A stretch of DNA of 64,000 nt from Eledone cirrhosa (taxonomy: Eukaryota): contig OZ024743.1 of NCBI GenBank assembly GCA_964016885.1, positions 235,786,001 to 235,850,000 on the forward strand, written 5' to 3'. The notes beneath the pieces are model-generated. The model ran no database searches and had not been told where the DNA came from. It saw only the letters and a list, made by a program, of their open reading frames with translations. A program made the translations under genes and the position numbers. Positions 28,577 through 40,257 of the stretch are shown here, piece after piece. Each line of letters opens with the position of its first letter. Positions within the stretch are counted from its first letter, which is position 1.

Positions 28577-28707
28577 GAAATTATGAAACCGGATAAGTAA
28601 ATGTAAATAAATCTTATCAGATACCAAGTGCAACTTAAACTACTTTATATACACACACATGCACATTCTCTCTCTATATATATATCTATATCTATATATA
28701 TATATAT

Positions 28708-28928
28708 ATCATCATGATCGTTTTACGTCTGTTCTTTCACACTAGCATGGGTTAGATGGGTTGACCTGTTGTGGGCAGTGTCCGGTCGGCTGACCTTCTC
28801 TTGCTCATACAGGAACTGATTCTGGCTTGATTTCTACAGCTGGATGTCCTTCCTAACACCAACCTCATTTACAGTGAGTGCTGGGTGCCTTTTTCCCGTG
28901 GCGCCTACACATCCACTTTACAGTGAGT
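28708..28928 (-). mobile_element. RTE 3'UTR fragment
   Basis: Matches 18061-18280. Confidence 0.88.
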
Positions 28929-28936
28929 GGTGTATA

Positions 28937-28978
<42 letters not shown>

Positions 28979-29010
28979 CTATTTATAGTTATGTATTTAT
29001 ATATATGTAG

Positions 29011-29357
29011 TGGAAGCACATGGCTTAGTGGTTAGAGCATTGGCCTTGCAATCGAAAGGTTGTGAGTTCAATTCTCAGACCGGGTGATGTGTTGTTTCCT
29101 TGAGCAAGACACTTTATTTCACATTGCTCCAGTTTACTCAGCTGTAGAAATGAGATGCTAAGGACTGGGGTCCCTATCATTCCACTGTAAAGTGGACGTG
29201 TAGGCGCCACAAAAAAAAAAAAAAAGCACCCAGCACTCACTGTAAATGAGGTTGGTGTTAGGAAGGGCATCCAGCTGTAGAAATCAAGCCAGAATCAGTT
29301 CCCGTCCCACCCTTGCAAGCAGGGAAAAGCGGACGTAAAATGAAATGAATGAAATGA
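29011..29357 (+). mobile_element. CORE-like SINE with RTE tail (type A)
   Basis: Head, CORE-like region, RTE 3' end and (GAAAT/GAAT)n tail. Confidence 0.9.
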
Positions 29358-29590
29358 TATACTATAAACAACTATAAACAGGAAAGGTCAGTAATTTCCT
29401 ACTACCTTATTACCAGTAAGAGAAATAAAATGATTTGAACAAAACTTTGATAATTGTGTAATTTTTCATCATCATCATCGTTTAACGTCCGTGTTCCACA
29501 TAGATAGATAGATGCGGTGCTAGCGGCGGCAGGCTTCGGACCCGTTTTCAGGGGCTGGATCACTGCTATGCACAATAGATAGATAGAGAA

Positions 29591-29622
<32 letters not shown>

Positions 29623-29769
29623 GTCTGTATCTGTGTTTACATCAATCTAATATTATTGCCTCTTGTCCAACATTTATATTCTGAATCCCAATTCTTCAGT
29701 CATGGTCTACAATAGCCCACTGTTAAAAATGTCAATGAAATTCTTTAATAAGTTTATCTACAATGAATG

Positions 29770-30410
29770 TATGAAGTCCAGTGGTAAGGGTATTGTAGCT
29801 TTGATCATAAAGTTGTGGATTCAATTCCTGGACTAGATGACAAGTATGTTGCTCCAATCCACATGTGTACCAGTGGTAGATAGGGATTAGTTCTATAATG
29901 GACTGGCATCCTGTCAAGTAGTGTCTTGTACTCCCAATAACAAGTGTTGTTACAGCTCACACCTATGTAGGTTTAGCTGGCCTCACACAAGGTAGCATTT
30001 AAAATGAGGTTTCTCAGTTATTTTATGATAGGGGCCCTCGTCCTTGTTGTTGTTATAGCTCACAACTATGCAGGTTTAGCTGGCTTCCTACAAGGTTGCA
30101 TCTCTTACATTTCTCAGGTGCTTTAATAAGGCCTCCAGTAATTTTATAAAAACAAAACAAAACAACCCCTCACTGGACTGGATGTCAGTTTGTTGCAAGA
30201 GTTAACCTGCAGTTGCTTGCTTATACTCATTCTTTTCAGGTTAGTGAACTGTAAATGTGGTTGGTGTTAGGAAGGGCATCTGGCTGTAGAAAGCAAGCCA
30301 AAATCAGTTCTGTATGAGCAAGACAGTCATCTTATCTGGCTTGCTTCAAATGGGACAACTCGTGTAACCCATGCTAGTGTGGAAAAAATGGACATTAAAC
30401 GGTGATGATA
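29770..30410. mobile_element. Cluster of decayed SINE and RTE 3'UTR fragments
   Basis: SINE-like head at 29772-29860, tail-B fragments on the minus strand at 29945-30095, and RTE UTR on the plus strand at 30248-30410. Confidence 0.6.
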
Positions 30411-30844
30411 ATGTGTATATGAATGTGAGTATGTATATGAATGTATGTGTGTGTGTATATGTGTGTGTGTGTATATGTGTGTGTGTGAGTTTGTATATGA
30501 GTATATGTGTGTGTGTGTATATTTGAATGGGTGTGTGTGTGTGTGTGTGTGTATGAATGTGTATGTGTAATATATATGCCTGGAAATTTCCTACATCTGT
30601 TATAATTTGCTGATTGAGAGTAACTAAATAGTGACAAACATTGAGAGTGTGCCTAACTTTATAACTGTACTCTTGTATAAACATGTTACTAAGCAACTGG
30701 CGACACCTACTGGTAGTTTTGTTTTTTAAATTTAGATGTGCTTGGTAATTACCTACCTGTGGCAAATATTGCTCTCTTTTCGCGTGTCAACCTTGTGTTC
30801 CAGCTAAGATCTACACATACACGTGTATATATATATATATATAT

Positions 30845-31490
30845 CATCATCATCATCATCATCATCAACGTTTAACGTCCGTGTTCCACGCTTGCATGGG
30901 TTTGGACGGGGGTAGTCCCACTTGAGGCAAGAGTGATTGTCTTGCTCGCATAGGACTGTCTGGCAGGTTTTCTACAGTTGGATGCCCTTCCTAACACCAA
31001 CCACATTTACAGTGTGGGTCTGGGAGGTTTTTACCGTGTTGCCTACACGGCCACATTACAGCGTGGACTGTGTGTTTTTTTGTCGTGACACCTACACGAT
31101 CTCATTTGTTTCGGCCTCGATGGCGCGGCACCAACATAACTTTACATAGAACGGGGTGGTGTGGATGGGGTGGGGGTGGTGGTGGTGGGACGGGGTGTAT
31201 TTTGTTAGAGATGCCTACTGGCTGGAGTAGGTTTTACTATATATTTAGGTAAGGCGGGTCTTCTCTGTTACTGAGTACCGCCAAAGGTCTCGGTCCAGTG
31301 ACATTGTCTTGGAGATGTGTAAGTGTATGATGTCGGAGTTTATCAGCTCGTCCCAGGTTTTTCTAGGTCTGCCTATTCCGTGACTACCGTCTATCTTTAT
31401 TGCCCTGCACTTTGTTATACAGCTATCGACTTTCATGCGCATCACGTGTCCATACCAACGTAGCCTTCTCTCGAGTAAACAACATCTGAT
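30845..31490 (-). mobile_element. RTE LINE 3' fragment with long 3'UTR
   Basis: ORF 31245-31445, same subfamily as 22551-23222. Confidence 0.92.
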
Positions 31491-31737
31491 ATATATATAT
31501 ATAATAATAATAAGCAGCGATTATTTGCTTAAACCTTAATCTGTTATTTTAATAAATATATATATATATAATATATTTCATCATCATCATCGTTTAACGT
31601 CCATTATACACACTAGCATGGGTAGGACATTATATACATATATACATATATAAAAGGTAAACAGAAATAACAACACAATCGATGCAGTATATAGAAAGGA
31701 ATATATTAGGTTAACGCTTGATATAGCAGGAAGAGGG

Positions 31738-31773
31738 TCTTAACGTTTCGGACAATAGTCCTTCATCAGAAGA
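31738..31773 (-). ncRNA. Minimal type I hammerhead ribozyme motif (Penelope/retrozyme-type)
   Basis: Minus strand reads UCUU-CUGAUGA-A-GGAC(UAUU)GUCC-GAAAC-GU-U-AAGA. Stem I is UCUU/AAGA, stem II is 4 bp, and stem III is palindromic and loopless. Confidence 0.7.
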
Positions 31774-31881
31774 AAGATTGAGAAGTAAGATAGATTGAGG
31801 GGACGGGCGGGTTGGAATTGGAAAAAATGTCTTTAGATAAAAATAACAGGTCCGGTCATGTTGACACCTCTTATATATATA

Positions 31882-32573
31882 CTAGCTAAACTACCCATCC
31901 TTTGGACGGTTCAAGTAGCTTTCGATGTAGCTCATTAAACTAAACAAAGTAAATTTGAATACATAGAAGAAAAACGTACTTTATGTACCTTAGGCACTAT
32001 TCCAGCGAAATAATTAATATGTGAGCTCGGTGTCTTTTTTGACAACAGTAAAAGCGCATCATGAAATAGAGAAGTGAAGTGAATAATAGACACTATTATG
32101 TACAAAGCATAATATTGTAAAAGTTATGACATCACTTAATGTATGAACACCAAGCTTAAAACGATAAATTATACAATGTCAAATCTATAACTTAGTAATC
32201 TGTTAGAAATTGCTGGTTGTAAAATATACAAAATGATATTGTTAGTCTCAAGGAAGCATACCTTGTTTCAAGTACAAAGAGTAAATTAAAATCCGAATGA
32301 GCCGAATTACGAAAGATAACTCTTGTCTTAATCACGAAAATTCACACAAATAACCAAAACTTTTTTAATGTCTCCAAAGGCCCCAATATCGATTTTTGAA
32401 AGTCTTTGTAGATCATGTACAGGTTTTGTTCAAGGAGAAGCTCTGTAAAGAATTTCAAAGAAATTGCCTGAATGGTTTAGAATATATGAGCCCTCATTAA
32501 AAATTGTCCACACACTACAGATATGATCCTTTGTACAACCAATTTTCCATGCTTGTATGTATGTAAGTATGGA
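31882..32573 (-). mobile_element. Non-autonomous Helitron
   Basis: Minus strand starts TCCATACTTAC and ends with hairpin ccgtcc-aaa-ggatgg, a short spacer and CTAG, followed by T. Confidence 0.7.
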
Positions 32574-33244
32574 GGAGCATATGTGTGTATATATACCTGT
32601 GTATGTGTATATATATATATATACCTGTGTGTGTGTGAGTGTAAAGAAATGTGAAATGTGTTCTGACAGTTCTAACCCTAAATCCAGGAGTATGTTCCCG
32701 CTATCATAACATGGTTCTCTGTGTCTCATCCCTATTTTAATACTGACTGTTAAACACACTCTCTTATCTTCTCTCTCTTCATATATATATATCACTCACT
32801 TCCTCTCTATCTCACTCTCCACCAAACACTCTCTCTGTCATCCCCTCTCTTTAAGTCTCTATAACTCAATATCTCTCTCTCCATACCACACCCTCTCTAC
32901 CTCTACAACTGTCACTTCCTCTCTCACTATCACCTCACACTTCTCCCTTTCTCTATCTCTCACTACCGCCTTCTCTCAATCTCACATATTTTAAAAACCC
33001 TTCAGCTCATTAAATCTTTCATTTACATGGCAGCCATGGTCCCTGTACCTCCCGAGGCAGTCGTAGGGGCGCCAGCATGGTACCTCCCGAGGTAGTTGTA
33101 GTGGCGCCATATTGACATACCCTGTTTCAAGAGTATTGTTAAACCTGGCAGAGCCCATCTCATCTCCAGGCTTGAGTACAGCAGATTTCTTCCAGAGAAG
33201 GATAGAGAGAGTGAGAGAAAAGAAGTGAGAAAGATATATAGAGG

Positions 33245-33362
33245 AAGAATTAACCCCAGTACTTGACTAGTACTTTTTTTATCAACCTTGAAAGGATGAA
33301 AGGTAAAGTTGACTTCGACGGGATTTGAGAGCAGAAAACTGGAATGAATACCACAAAACATT
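33245..33362 (-). mobile_element. Meta-like SINE fragment
   Basis: ccccagtacttgactagtac..tttatcaacc..aggatgaaaggtaaagttgac. Confidence 0.7.
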
Positions 33363-33759
33363 CTATAAATCTTTCATTTAACTGATGGTGGAGGTGGAGG
33401 TGATGGTTGTGGTGGTGGAGGTGAAGGTGATGGTTGTGGTGGAGGCGATTATGGTTGTGGAGGTGTAGTTGTAATGATTGTGGTGGTGGTGGTGGTGGTA
33501 GTAGTGGTGGTGTTGAAGTACTGAAATATCAAAATAGTTATTAAAATACTTCAACTTCCCAAAATATCTCAGCAATAAAATGGGAGAGAAAACAAGGAAT
33601 AATTAAAGGGGATTAACAATTAATTTACATAATTAGGACTTAATATAATCAATATGGTTTATTGATTTTTAACAATCAGAATCCTTGTCAATATACAGGT
33701 GTCATTGATTATCAGAGATAATAGAGTATTTTATCATACAGGTTTGTGATTGTGACTGA

Positions 33760-34116
33760 GGTGATTGGTCCAATACCTAGACAGGTGATTGGTCCAATAC
33801 CCAGACATGTCATTGGTCCAATACCCAGACATGTCATTGGTTCAATACAGAGACATGTGATTGGTCCAATACCCAGACATGTGATTGGTCCAATACCCAA
33901 ACATGTGATTGGTCTACCCAGACATGTGATTGGTCCAATACCCAGACATGTCATTGGTTCAATACAGAGACATGTGATTGGTCCAATACCTAGACATGTG
34001 ATTGGTCCAATACCCAGACATGTCATTGGTTCAATACCCAGTCATGTCACTGGTTCAATACCCAGACCATGTGGCTCATTGTGTCTCCAAACAAAGAACT
34101 TTCTTTCACATTGCTC
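33760..34116 (+). repeat. 24-bp minisatellite (GTGATTGGTCCAATACCCAGACAT, ~13 copies) within a CORE-like SINE head
   Basis: Tandem to 34067, then continues into SINE-like ttgtgtctccaaacaaagaactttctttcacattgctc. Confidence 0.9.
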
Positions 34117-34783
34117 TTTAAAATCTTCCAACAACATTTTATAAAACAATCTTACATTAAGTTACTATTTTGGTAATGAAATAATTAATAATTTCAGTAA
34201 ATCCCTCAAAATTCTACTACATTAATTAAAACAGAGTATATTTCATTAGAGATGTGGTTATAAAAGTGTTAAGTTACTAGCTTAGTAAATAATTAATAAT
34301 TTTCGTAAATCCCTCAAAATTCTTCATTAACTAATTAAAATAGAGTGTATTTCATTAGAAATGTGGCCATGTTAAAGTGTTGTAAACATTGAGGCCATGA
34401 AACTAGTTTGAGGATATCTTGCTGTCTGTCTTCTATCAGTCTTGAAAGCCATGGGTTGTAGGAACTGCCCCCACCCTCACACAATTGGATTTCTAAAAAA
34501 AATATTCAATATTTATTAATCTGGGAATTTTTCCCAGGATTTCAAGTTATAACAAAAAAAAAATGATGACATTTGTTTTGTTTCTCAGGGAGTTGAAAGA
34601 TATTGTGAGGTTGAAACAATCACTAAAATCAGCATTGATCACTATTGATTGATACGCCTGTTTAAGTATTAATAATATTGGCAACAAATAAATTCTGAAA
34701 GTCTTTTTTATTGGGAAACAACAAAATCTGAAGAAAGCAAACCTGGAAATCTCAAAGAAGTAAACAAGAACTGGAAAAGTAAA

Positions 34784-35050
34784 GGTAGTGGTGGTGATAG
34801 TAGTAGTTGTGGTAGTGGTAGTAGTGGTGGTGGTGGTAGTGGTAGTAGTGGTGGTAGTAGTAGTAGTGGTGGTGGTAGTGGTAGTAGTGGTGGTGGTGGT
34901 GGTAGTAGTAGTGGTGATAGTAGCAGTTGTACTGGTAGTAGTGGTGGTGGTAGTAGTGGTGGTGGTGATAGTGGTAGTGGTGGTGGTGGTGGTAGTAGTG
35001 GCAGTGGTAGTGGTAGCAGTAGTAGTACTATAAATGTTAGCAGTAGTGGT
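34784..35050. repeat. (GTG/GTA)n trinucleotide tract
   Basis: Seen directly. Similar tracts lie at 4580-4850, 33380-33515 and 36790-37345. Confidence 0.95.
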
Positions 35051-35239
35051 CATCATTTGAAAGGGAGGCTAGCGATGTATATTTATATATATATGTATAT
35101 AATAATAATGAAATTATTGTGTACAGTGCTCAGGTGCACTACAACTATTTGACATATCTTATCTCTGTTATTCCACAAATTCCTCACTAAGCTACAAACC
35201 AAACATCACAACTATACAAGAAAACAATAAAATTAAAAG

Positions 35240-35645
35240 ACAGAATTATAAACAAGAATACAAGCGGCCGAAATAGGGTTCCTCCGAAGGTCTTTGGAGG
35301 AACGTTACTTGATAGAGTGCAGAGCTCAGAGATGAGAGAGTCACTCCAGGTAGAGCCACTACTCCAAATTGAGAGATCACAGCTCCAATACTATGGGTAT
35401 GTGGTTAGAATGTCCCAGGAAAGAATCACTGGACAGATTTTAAGGGCAAAACCAACCAGCAGGAGACTCAGGGGTAGACCCCGAGCAAGATGGCTGGATA
35501 ACATCTATAAACATGGCTGGTCTTCCTTGAGGATCCAGCCTGATCAGGTGGAGACAGTTGCTTCTGACAGACCCGCTGGAAGGAGTGTTTCAGGACTCTG
35601 TCCCCACGACCCTCTCAGGAATAAGTGGGTGAAGAAAAAGAAAAA
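35240..35645 (+). mobile_element. RTE-clade LINE 3' fragment (divergent family)
   Basis: Encodes IQAAEIGFLRR...IERSQLQYYGYVVRM...RGRPRARWLDNI. Confidence 0.82.
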
Positions 35646-35779
35646 CAATTATCAAGGTGTGGTTAAACAGTTCGTAACCATGTGGTTTAGGGTTCTGTTC
35701 CCCAACATGGTACATGTTGTCTGTTGTAGTCTAGGCTTGACCAATCATTGACATGTGGGTGGAATTTAGTAGGTAGGTA

Positions 35780-36120
35780 ATGAGTGCATCTAGCAACCAG
35801 CCCAGGCACTGCTGCCCACCAAGCCAAAGAGGGAAAACTGACCAAGTGTCGACAATTCTCTGATAGATTTGTGGTAGAACCTGTAGCAGTGGAGACTTCC
35901 GGTGTTCTTGGGCTCTGTACTACATCCCTTCTCACTGCTGAGTGGAGTTGGCCACCCGCCTCAGGTGTGAGCCCTGCAAGTTGGAGTGACTGTTCCAGTT
36001 TGTCTCCCTCGCTGTCCTCCAGGATACTCATCGGCTGTCACCCAGAGGTGGAAGGTAAGTTAGTTGGAGGATACTCGTTTGGACGTCACTTTATATGTAG
36101 CAAGAGCTTGAATCAATGAG
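35780..36120 (+). mobile_element. RLE-type (CRE-like) non-LTR 3' fragment
   Basis: Encodes AAHQAKEGKLTKC...FVVEPVAVETSGVLG. Shares its 3' end with 4190-4465. Confidence 0.65.
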
Positions 36121-36299
36121 TAGAATCCCAGTGTGTGTATGTGTGTGTGCATCCATTGATAATTACTATTTGGCTATGTGTATAGGTGTAGGCATGGCTA
36201 TGGTTAAGGAGTTCTCAATACAACTGCAAGTTTTTTAAGTTCAGTCTGACTGTAGAGCTCCTGGGGTCAGTAACTAGTGTAGAAAGCTTATTGTGTAAA

Positions 36300-36458
36300 T
36301 AAGTGCCAAGAAATGCCAGTAGAAGGAAGACACAGTAGAGGAAGACAACAAAAAACATGGGTGGAGGTGATGAGAGCAGACCTCAGATCACTGAAGCTCA
36401 AGGAGGAGATGACAAAGGACCATGACAAGTGGAGAGATGCTATGCTGATGATGATGAT
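36300..36458 (+). mobile_element. RTE 3' fragment
   Basis: Encodes KCQEMPVEGRHSRGR..KTWVEVMRADLRSLKL, followed by (GAT)n. Confidence 0.85.
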
Positions 36459-36502
36459 ATATATATATTACCCCTAGTACTACTGGTTCTTACTGCTGAT
36501 AT

Positions 36503-36547
<45 letters not shown>

Positions 36548-36579
36548 GTGTGTATATATATATATATGCACACACCCAC

Positions 36580-36614
<35 letters not shown>

Positions 36615-37589
36615 CACACACATATATACATATACATATATAGATATATATATAGACACACATATACATAGACACACACACACACATATACACATATACA
36701 CACAAGTACCAGTGTTTAAGTATCTGTAAGTGGTCCTAAACCCAATGTGGTGGTCACTGATAATGGATTTGTACTTCACATATTTACAATGGTGGAGATG
36801 GGGGTGGTGATGGTTGTAGTAGTGATGAGGGGGGGGGGGTAGTAGTGGTGGTGATTGTAGTAGTAGTAGTAGTAGTAGTGGTGGTAGTAGTAGTAGTCAT
36901 GATGGTCAGAGGACAGCAAATATTGAAACACTTGTTTTAGTTATTCATGAGAATTTCATAAGATATATTTAACTAAGTCTGGGACAATGTCACCACCACC
37001 ACCACCACCACCATACTACATCATACATCACCACCACCACCACCACCACCATACTACATCATACATCACCACCACCACCATACTACATCATACATCACCA
37101 CCACCATACTACATCATACACCACCACCAGACTACATCCCCACAACCACCACCTTCCTATTGACACCCCCTCACATCACCACCACTCCATACGTCTACAC
37201 CACCACCTTCACTATCAACCACCACCATACAACCAGAACCACACCATACAACTACAACACACCACCACCAAACCAGCACACCACACATCATATCACCACC
37301 ACTACCACACCACCACCATCACCACCACCACCATTATACCACCACATAGTCTATCAGTATTTCAGATAACATTCCACTTATATAGCTGTAGTCTTTTTAC
37401 AAATCTATTTAAAGACAAGAAAAAAACTGTTTATATTCCACAACAACAACTACATTTCTTTAACAACAATAATATTGATGGTGGAAGATTCCTTCCTTCT
37501 AGACAATAATGGAACTTTTCTTCATGTCTTGTAATATATATATCTTATATTTCACCTTATTTAACGTACCTTAACATCTTATAATAAGG

Positions 37590-38780
37590 GAAATTATTGT
37601 GTACAGTGCTCAGGTGCACTACAACTCATCAAAGGTGCATGCATAATACATAGAATAATGTACAAATGTCAGGAAAGTGAACAGTGTATGAGTTATGATA
37701 TACATGTGTGTGTGTGTATGGAGGGGGGGGACATCTGGTGTAGTGTTGGTGAATCTCAGGAAGCACGGAGGTTTTAAAGGATGCAGTGTCTCGACAGCTA
37801 ATAACTGATGCAGGGAATTTGTTCCATGGTGGTTTTAAAGGATGCAGTGTCTCGACAGCTAATAACTGATGCAGGTAGTTTGTTACATGGAGGTTTTAAA
37901 GGATGCAGTGTCTCGACCGCTAATAACTGATGCAGGTAGTTTGTTCCATGGAGGTTTTAAAGGATGCATTGTCTCGACAGCTAACAACTGATGCAGGTAG
38001 TTTGTTCCATGGAGGTTTTAAAGGATGCAGTGTCTCGACAGCTAATAACTGATGCAGGTAGTTTTTTCCGAGCTTCAGCAATTCTGAGCGTGTCAAAACA
38101 TGTTTCTAGAAGTCATGGGAGCTGTGCTGTTTTCTCACTTTGTAGGCATGTCCACATGTGTTAGACACATGGAATTCAAAAAGGTGCTCAGGGTTGTTGT
38201 TGGAAAGATGGTTAAAAATGTTGTCGGTGTCTACCAAGTCAGTTGCCAGACGTTGGAGTTTTAATGTATCCATGCCCAGGGAAGCATGGCATTCAGACTG
38301 CAGTAGATGAGCAAGATAAGGGGTTCTAGACTGGTGGAGCAAATTCTAAGTGTGGACGCACCATTGCTATATATAGCTTTAAATAGATAGTTGGAGAGTG
38401 GCTGACAAAGTCTTACTGAGTGATGCTAATTGTCAATTTTAGAGATGTGCTTTGTCCAACACAAATCGCTGTTGACAGTAATCCCCAGATCACGTTCATA
38501 AGAAGACTTTTTGATATTAGTGTTGTGGAGGGAGTATGTGAATGCTGGGTTTTTACTCCCAAAATACATGGTGGTACTTTCCACAGCCAGCATGAGTTGT
38601 CAGTCTGTAATCACTGCATTGTGTCCAGGATAGCAGGAAAGATCTATAGTGTTCAGGATCTGTCCTTTTTATCTCAAGTTACAGCTTGCTGTCATCTGAA
38701 TATTTCAGCCAGCACAGTGACATTCTTCAAGTTGGTATCTATGTTAATATATACAACAAACAGATGTTACTGAGATGGTA
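37590..38780 (-). mobile_element. CR1/Jockey-group LINE 3' fragment with a 5x 61-bp internal tandem (37770-38070)
   Basis: Encodes LGMDTLKLQRLATDL...NTCGHAYKVRKQHS and repeated WNKLPASVISCRDTASFKTS. The same 3' end occurs at 35111-35145 and 63139-63250. Confidence 0.8.
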
Positions 38781-38939
38781 CATAAAAGCTGATGAGTTGA
38801 ATCCTCAGTAATGTGTCAAGACACTTTATTGATGTTGGTGAAGGGGCTGGTAGGTTAACTATCAAGGGAGACAATCTATGGCTCTGTATCTGAACTAAGA
38901 ACAGATAGACATGGAATCAAAGAACATACATAGTATTAA

Positions 38940-39612
38940 GATGGATGGGTGAGTGAGAGGAGATGGGTGAGTGAGTGAGAGGAGAGGATAGGATGGGTGA
39001 GTGAGAGGAGAGGATGGGTGAGTGAGAGGAGAGGGTGGGTGAGTGAGAGGAGAGGGTGGGTGAGTGAGAGGAGAGGGTGGGTGAGTGAGGAGAGAATGGG
39101 AGAGTGTGAAGCGAGAATGGGCGAGTGTGAGGAGAGAATGAGTGAGTGAAAGATGAGAATGGGTGAGTGACAGATGAGAGGAATGGTCTGTGGGCTGACT
39201 GAAGAAAGGAGAGAAATAGGTACAAAAGAACACAATAGTAGAATAATTTGGTTTGGAACAGGAAATAATGACGGGGGGGGGGGGGGTGAAGAAGAGACAA
39301 TGTATGTGGGTGACCTGGCTTGAGAGAAGAGAGCGTGTATGTATGTGGGGTATGTCTGTATGTATGTATGCGTGTATGTCTGTATGCATGTGTGTGTGTG
39401 TCTGTGTGTATGTGTGTGTCTGTGTGTGTGTGTGTGTGTGTCTGTATATGTGTGTGTGTGTGTCTGTATATATGTGTGTCTGTGTGTCTGTATATATGTG
39501 TGTCTGTGTGTCTGTATATATGTATTTGTGTGTGTCTGTGTGTCTATGTATGTCTCTCTCTCTGTATGTGTGCATGTATATAGATGTATGTGTCAGTGTG
39601 TGTGTGTGTGTC
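38940..39612. repeat. ~21-bp GGGTGAGTGAGAGGAGA minisatellite and (GT)n compound microsatellite
   Basis: Seen directly. Confidence 0.9.
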
Positions 39613-39828
39613 AGTTAAACAGAGGAAATTAGAGTGGAATGAAGTAGGTACAACACCAACAATAACAACAACACTACCACCACCAACAATAACAACAACA
39701 ACACTACCACCACTAACAACACCAACCACACCTACAAAACCATCACTACAACAACAACAACACTAGCAGTTACATATCAATATCAGTTTTACAATGGATG
39801 TTAGAGGTTTTCTTTATGATGTTGATGA

Positions 39829-40217
39829 TGGTGGTGGTGGTGGTGGTAATGATACTGGTGGTGGTGGTGGTAGTGATACTGGTGGTGGTGGTGGTAGTGA
39901 TACTGATGGTGGTGGTGGTAGTGATACTGATGGTGGTGGTGGTAGTGATACTGATGGTGGTGGTGGTAGTGATACTGATGGTGGTGGTGGTAGTGATACT
40001 GGTGGTGGTGGTGGTGGTAGTGATACTGGTGGTGGTGGTGGTAGTGATACTGGTGGTGGTGGTGGTAGTGATACTGGTGGTGGTAGTGATACTGGTGGTG
40101 GTGGTGGTAGTGATACTGATGGTGGTGGTGGTAGTGATACTGGTGGTGGTGGTGGTAGTGATACTGATGGTGGTGGTGGTGGTGGTAGTGATACTGATGG
40201 TGGTGGTGGTAGTGATA
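39829..40217. repeat. (GGT)nAGTGATACT minisatellite
   Basis: Seen directly. Confidence 0.96.
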
Positions 40218-40257
40218 AGTAGGAAAGAAAGCAGGAACATTGTTTTCTTAATGTAGT

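Noticed and set aside
29011-29085. tRNA-like sequences with A and B boxes
   Set aside because: They are SINE heads continuing into CORE-like bodies, with no intact cloverleaf or terminator.
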